This document shows, piece after piece, positions 13,921-18,036 of a stretch of 18,036 bases of DNA (its first letter is position 1; the number at the start of each line of letters is the position of its first letter). The notes under the pieces were generated by a model. The model did no database searches. It saw only the letters and a list, made by a program, of their open reading frames with translations, and was not told where the DNA came from. This stretch comes from Fastidiosibacter lacustris (lineage in GTDB: Bacteria; Pseudomonadota; Gammaproteobacteria; Francisellales; Francisellaceae), in assembly GCF_003428155.1 (NCBI RefSeq), contig NZ_QLIR01000027.1, forward strand, positions 1 through 18,036, written 5' to 3'. The position numbers were made by a program, and so were the translations under genes.

Positions 13921-14895
13921 ATGTATATTGAAGCAAATGAATTTTATGGGTTTGTTAAATTCTTTAATGATGCTGGTTACTATGAAACGCAAGCCCATAA
14001 AAGGATTTATAATGATATCACCGCACATATTCAATCTGGTGGGATATATGCATTAACTGGTTCAGTTGGCGCAGGTAAAACAAAGTTACTTAATAAAATC
14101 CAAAGCGATTTAGATAGTAAAAAACAAATTATCGTATCAAGATCTTTGACGACAGAAAAAAAATCTTTAACCATAAAAACACTGCTTGTGGCACTCTTTT
14201 ATGACCTCCTCAAAGGAGAAAAGGTTATCAAAATACCATCGGTTAGTGAAAAACGCGAGCGTGAGTTGATTGACCTTATAAAAAAGCACAACAAACCTGT
14301 CGCCTTATTGATTGACGAAGCTCATGATATACATGGTTTAACCTTACTTGGTCTTAAAAGACTTGTTGAAACAACCGCCTCACAAGGTTACAGACTGTCT
14401 ATTATTATGGCAGGTCATCCGAAGCTTGGTAACGCACTTTCAACAGCAGCGATGGAGGAAATAGGTGCGCGAACCAAAATATTTAACATTGATGATGCTA
14501 TTGGCGATAAAGAAAAATATATTATCTGGCTACTTAAAGAGTGCTTAGATCCGAAGAAAAAATACCAAGAAATTATTTCTCCAGAAGCTATTCAGAAGCT
14601 TGCAAGCTCATTACAAACACCTCTGCAAATTCAACATTATCTTACTCAGGCAATACAGTCGGGGCATCAATTAGGTGAAAAAATAATTACCCCAGAGTTG
14701 ATTGAACAAACATTAAGTTTCGATCTAAATTCATTAGAAGCTCAACTTGCACGAAAGGGTTATCAACTAAAAGATACCTGTGAGATGCTAAATGCAACAG
14801 CTAAGGAAGTGCAAGATTACTTACAGGGTAAGTCTAACTCCCCACGGAAAAATGAGTTTATCCAGAAATTGCGCAGTATTGGAATTTCAATATAG
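13921..14895 (+). CDS. TniB/ExeA-like AAA+ ATPase (transposition accessory protein)
   Basis: Walker A is LTGSVGAGKTKLL and Walker B is ALLIDEAHD. I chose ATG 13921 because AAGGAG (13909-13914) lies 6 nt upstream. The tracked alternative ATG 13900 overlaps the transposase stop. Confidence 0.8.
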   Translation: MYIEANEFYGFVKFFNDAGYYETQAHKRIYNDITAHIQSGGIYALTGSVGAGKTKLLNKIQSDLDSKKQIIVSRSLTTEKKSLTIKTLLVALFYDLLKGEKVIKIPSVSEKRERELIDLIKKHNKPVALLIDEAHDIHGLTLLGLKRLVETTASQGYRLSIIMAGHPKLGNALSTAAMEEIGARTKIFNIDDAIGDKEKYIIWLLKECLDPKKKYQEIISPEAIQKLASSLQTPLQIQHYLTQAIQSGHQLGEKIITPELIEQTLSFDLNSLEAQLARKGYQLKDTCEMLNATAKEVQDYLQGKSNSPRKNEFIQKLRSIGISI

Positions 14896-14904
14896 GTCAT
14901 TGAT

Positions 14905-15975
14905 ATGAACACTCTTACTACTCAAGAATTACCGGAATACACCACATTCCTCAAACAAGCAACAACTGAGATACATAAGTCATATATACGGACAGTGAGA
15001 TCAGTGAATAAAGAAGTAACTTCCCTTTATTGGTGGCTAGGCGAGCACATTGTTCAATATCAAGATCAATACGGGTGGGGCAAGTCGGTTGTTGAACGTC
15101 TATCCAAAGACTTGAAACAGAAATTTCCAAGCGCAAAATTTGGTTTTTCACCGCAAAACTTATGGTATATGAGGCAATTTTATCTTGAATATAACGGCAA
15201 ACCAGAACTCCAACAGCTTGTTGGAGAAATTCCATGGGGGCAAAATTTGCTCATCATGAGCAAGGTAAAAGAGGATAACAAAAAGCTGTATTATCTTCAG
15301 TCAACTAAAGATTTTGCTTGGACGCGTGATACACTACGTGACCAAATAAACTCAAATGCATATGAGCGGCATTACTTGGCAACTAAACATCATAATTTTG
15401 ACAGTACGCTCCCAAAGATGCTTGCAGAGCAGGCAGATCAATCTATGAAAGACGTTTACATGTTTGACATGTTGGGCATTGCTGAACCAGTTATTGAAAC
15501 TGAAATTGAGCGCCGTATGGTTGAAAAAATTAAAGATGTAATCATGGAATTAGGCTATGGGTTTAGCTTTATTGGCAATCAATATCGTATTGTAACGCCT
15601 GATTCAGAATATTTTATTGATCTATTGTTTTACCACAGAAAACTACAGGCCTTAGTAGCTTTGGAGCTAAAAAGGACTCGCTTTAAACCAGAGCATGCAG
15701 GCAAAATGAATTTTTACTTAAACCTTTTGGATGAGTTCGTTAAAGAGCCTAATGAAAATCCATCTATCGGCATTATTTTATGTGGCGAACACAGTAAATT
15801 TGACGTTGAATATGCTTTAAGAGGGATCGATAAACCGGTTGGTGTTGCAGGGTATCAGTTGACCCGTGATATACCTGAAAAACTAAGGGATGCTTTGCCT
15901 GATGCGACTCAATTAGAAGAAAAAATTCAGTTTGAGCTTGGTTTGAATCAAGATAAATCAGATGATAAACAATAA
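14905..15975 (+). CDS. DUF1016/YhcG-family protein with C-terminal PD-(D/E)xK nuclease motif
   Basis: The N-terminal region (VNKEVTSLYWWLGEHIV, SPQNLWYMRQFYLEY, IPWGQNLLIM) is typical of YhcG. The nuclease motif is intact: FIDLLFYHRKLQALVALELKRT (D ... E-x-K, about 15611-15675). Only 9 bp separate it from the ATPase stop. Confidence 0.8.
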   Translation: MNTLTTQELPEYTTFLKQATTEIHKSYIRTVRSVNKEVTSLYWWLGEHIVQYQDQYGWGKSVVERLSKDLKQKFPSAKFGFSPQNLWYMRQFYLEYNGKPELQQLVGEIPWGQNLLIMSKVKEDNKKLYYLQSTKDFAWTRDTLRDQINSNAYERHYLATKHHNFDSTLPKMLAEQADQSMKDVYMFDMLGIAEPVIETEIERRMVEKIKDVIMELGYGFSFIGNQYRIVTPDSEYFIDLLFYHRKLQALVALELKRTRFKPEHAGKMNFYLNLLDEFVKEPNENPSIGIILCGEHSKFDVEYALRGIDKPVGVAGYQLTRDIPEKLRDALPDATQLEEKIQFELGLNQDKSDDKQ

Positions 15976-16673
15976 AGTAAAGAGAACGCTTCCCGCTTCT
16001 ATCCTACGCCCATTTAAAGCGGACTGGGAAAAGACCAATTTATGCATAAATTTGGATAGTACGCGCACAAATGAATTGCTTCAATCAGTTTTGCCCAAAG
16101 ATCAACTTAAATCATATCATATCATATTATCCAAGGAGGCTGCGCTAATCTTAACCTCAAGTTGAAGTTAAATGATGAACGTATGAAACTTTTGCGTATT
16201 TATATTCGTGATCATCAAGCATCTTATCGAGAACATGCGATTGCCCAGCTAATACATAAAACCATTCCAGTTCCAATCATAGAAACAATTGGGACTAGCA
16301 AAGGACTAAAGTTTGCTTTATGCGAGTTTATGTCAGCTATAACCCTACGTGAACTATTACTCAGCAATCAAATATGATCTTGAAGCCATTATGTATCAGG
16401 TTGGTAAAGCACTTACAAACATTCAAAAAATCACCTTTCAAGTTTCAGGATTCTTTGATCAACAGCTTAAGATAATTGCATCTACTGCTGATAATGAATG
16501 TATCAAACTTGCCAGACGAGCATTAGAACACAAAACAGCAAAAATAGTGCTTTCTGAAGAGCTTATTTCAAGAATTACTCAATTGCTTTACAAGTACGAT
16601 AATTTAATCCAAAAAATCAATGGCGTGCAATTGGTGCACGGTGATTTTGGACCGGAAAATATTTTGGTAAATA

Positions 16674-17684
16674 ACGTGAGTTCGATATAAAAGATTGAAA
16701 TTTATTCATAAAAGAGATTCTAATCGGGTTGCTTGAGATCGCCTTAAATGCTATATCTAAAGCCCCAAAACACAAACAACCCTAATGGCTATGCTAGAGA
16801 CTATTTTTTGTTTTGTCGATGATTTTTGTGAAGAGTTTATCCCTGTATGGCAACAGCATTTGATTGAACATGCTCAGAAAAAACGAGAAAGACAAGGTAT
16901 GATGGCGTGGAGCGAGGTTATGACTATCATGATACTATTCCACCAGAGTCATTATCGTAATTTGAAGCACTTTTATTTGGATTATGTATGCACCCATATG
17001 AAAGATGCTTTCCCACGCACAGTAAGTTACAACCGCTTTGTTGAGTTACAAAAATCGGTATTGGTACCACTATGTTTTATGCTTCACCTGCTTAAGGGAG
17101 ATAAAACGGGAATTTATTTTATTGACTCGACACCCATCAAAGTTAGCCATATTAAGCGTGAGAAGCAACACAAAGTTTTTGATGGATTGGCTAAGAAATC
17201 AAAGTCTACAACAGGTTGGTTTTTTGGATTTAAGTTGCATCTAATTGTTAACGATAAAGGGGAAATCATAGCTTTTAAAGTGACTGCAGCGACAATAGAT
17301 GACCGTGTACCTGTTGAGGATTTAACCCGTGGGCTTATTGGCAAATTGGTTGGTGATAAATGGTATATCAAAAAGGCATTGTCGGAGCTCTTATTTGAAC
17401 GGGGGTTGCAACTGATTACACGAGTTAAAAAGAAAATGAAAAGTGGATTGGTTTCATTGATAGATAAAGCACTTTTAAGAAAACGCGCAATTATTGAGTC
17501 AGTGAATGATCAGCTTAAGAATATCAGTCAAATTGAGCACACAAGACATCGTTCGATTTGGAATTTCATGACAAATTTGCTGTGTGGTTTAGTTGCATAC
17601 TATTTTCAACCAAAAAAGCCAAGTTTACGTACTAAGCAGAACCGTGAGTTGATGGCATTGTGATCAATTATATCGAACTCACGT
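16674..17684 (+). mobile_element. IS982-family insertion sequence (1011 bp) with 16-17 bp terminal inverted repeats and a 6-bp target-site duplication
   Basis: The left IR ACGTGAGTTCGATATA (16674-16689) is the exact reverse complement of the right IR TATATCGAACTCACGT (17669-17684). TAAATA is duplicated at 16668-16673 and 17685-17690. Removing the IS plus one TSD copy restores the APH frame (ENILVNKVSNQW). Confidence 0.85.
16785..17663 (+). CDS. IS982-family DDE transposase (292 aa, apparently intact)
   Basis: LETIFCFVDDFCEEF at the N terminus, IDSTPIKV, GFKLHLIVNDKGEI, LVGDKWYI and ESVNDQLKNISQIEHTRHRS are characteristic of IS982-group transposases. Confidence 0.9.
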   Translation: MAMLETIFCFVDDFCEEFIPVWQQHLIEHAQKKRERQGMMAWSEVMTIMILFHQSHYRNLKHFYLDYVCTHMKDAFPRTVSYNRFVELQKSVLVPLCFMLHLLKGDKTGIYFIDSTPIKVSHIKREKQHKVFDGLAKKSKSTTGWFFGFKLHLIVNDKGEIIAFKVTAATIDDRVPVEDLTRGLIGKLVGDKWYIKKALSELLFERGLQLITRVKKKMKSGLVSLIDKALLRKRAIIESVNDQLKNISQIEHTRHRSIWNFMTNLLCGLVAYYFQPKKPSLRTKQNRELMAL

Positions 17685-17915
17685 TAAATAAGGTGAGTAA
17701 TCAATGGAAAGTTAGCGCAATACTGGATTGGGAGTTTGCATTTTCAGGTTCAATGTTATGGGATGTTGCAAACATGCTGCGCTATGCACATCAAGTACCA
17801 GCTAATTTTGAAAAAGCTTTCATCTCAGGGCTGGTACAGTCAGGTATTACATTACCTAAAGTATATAAGTTTAGACTTGACCTGACAGTTGCCTATTTTT
17901 CAAACGTGGTTTTTG

Positions 17916-18036
17916 TCAGATATGGTTGAGCAATTCAACCTTCTCTTGCCAGTGCGTTTTCCCATCAGTAAAAGTTGCTATTGGTGTTCTGCCACAACAC
18001 ATTTTGCCTTGATGAGTCCTTTGATGATTATACTGA
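17916..18036 (-). CDS. 3'-terminal 39 codons of an rve-type (IS481/IS3-like) transposase, partial at window edge
   Basis: My own minus-strand translation, not in the ORF track: QYNHQRTHQGKMCCGRTPIATFTDGKTHWQEKVELLNHI-stop (stop = 17916-17918). YNxxRxHQG...G.TP is the conserved C-terminal signature of integrase-core transposases. It overlaps the aberrant 3' tail of the APH pseudogene. Confidence 0.5.
   Translation of the reverse strand, partial: QYNHQRTHQGKMCCGRTPIATFTDGKTHWQEKVELLNHI

Larger units (their letters stand above)
11367..15975 (+). mobile_element. Left part of a Tn5053/Tn552/Tn7-like transposon (end repeats, resolvase, DDE transposase, AAA+ ATPase, linked YhcG nuclease); right end not in window
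   Basis: A multi-copy terminal binding-site array plus overlapping or tightly packed resolvase-transposase-ATPase genes. I found no inverted copy of the repeat motif downstream up to 18036. The exact left tip lies somewhere between 11342 and 11392. Confidence 0.55.
15962..17929 (+). pseudogene. APH-family (aminoglycoside/choline-kinase-like) phosphotransferase pseudogene: two frameshifts, IS982 insertion, altered 3' end
   Basis: Fragments in three frames give GGCANLNLKL, KLLRIY, and Brenner motif VHGDFGPENILVN (ending at 16672). After the IS they continue KVSNQWKVSAILDWEFAFSG ... WDVANMLRY. Frameshifts are at the (ATCAT)x3 tract (16111-16125) and the A-run near 16370-16377. Confidence 0.7.

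Noticed and set aside
12178-15235. Minus-strand ORFs 12178-12402, 12592-12819, 13011-13271, 13825-14034 and 14951-15235
   Set aside because: All are antisense shadows inside the resolvase, transposase, ATPase and YhcG genes, and none has recognisable motifs.
14905-15975. The YhcG protein as a TniQ/TnsD homologue
   Set aside because: Its sequence has DUF1016 N-terminal motifs and a PD-(D/E)xK core. It lacks the zinc-ribbon/HTH features of TniQ. Any role in transposition is hypothesis only.
17038-17371. ORFs 17038-17244 (+) and 17114-17371 (-) inside the IS982 element
   Set aside because: They are alternative-frame or antisense ORFs within the clearly recognisable IS982 transposase gene.

Overview
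This is an AT-rich accessory region. Composition and gene content suggest a Legionella/Legionellales-like gammaproteobacterium, but that is only an inference. I saw no rRNA, tRNA or CRISPR array.

Gene order, left to right:
1. Bases 2-650 hold the 3' end of a larger ORF that ends in a putative toxin domain. A small immunity-like ORF overlaps its stop and carries a G11 homopolymer.
2. Bases 773-1075 (-) encode an XRE-type HTH regulator. It is followed by a 520-bp AT-rich leader with small ORFs.
3. Bases 1596-6395 encode an intact 1599-aa single-module NRPS-like enzyme. Its architecture is unusual: formyltransferase, relic C-lobe, A, T, thioester reductase, then a hydrophobic C-terminal tail.
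4. Bases 6424-7647 encode a PAS protein with a degenerate histidine-kinase core.
5. Bases 8146-9850 hold two decayed PLP-enzyme genes: a 5'-truncated SHMT-like gene and a frameshifted threonine-aldolase-like gene. An exact 19-bp direct repeat brackets them.
6. Bases 9883-10713 are an IS6-family element with a broken transposase.
7. Bases 10817-11362 encode two small signal-peptide proteins.
8. From about 11367 there is a Tn5053/Tn552/Tn7-like transposon end: an array of direct 19-bp repeats, then serine resolvase, Mu-type DDE transposase, AAA+ TniB-like ATPase, and a tightly linked DUF1016/YhcG PD-(D/E)xK nuclease. No TniQ/TnsD-like gene and no second end is in the window.
9. Bases 15962-17929 are an APH-family phosphotransferase pseudogene. 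It carries two frameshifts and a 1011-bp IS982-family insertion with a 6-bp target duplication, and it abuts a further transposase fragment at the window edge.

The most interesting candidates are the F-(C*)-A-T-R tail-anchored synthetase with its pseudo-kinase partner, and the selector-less transposition module coupled to a YhcG nuclease. All family assignments come from motif recognition by eye and need HMM or BLAST confirmation.
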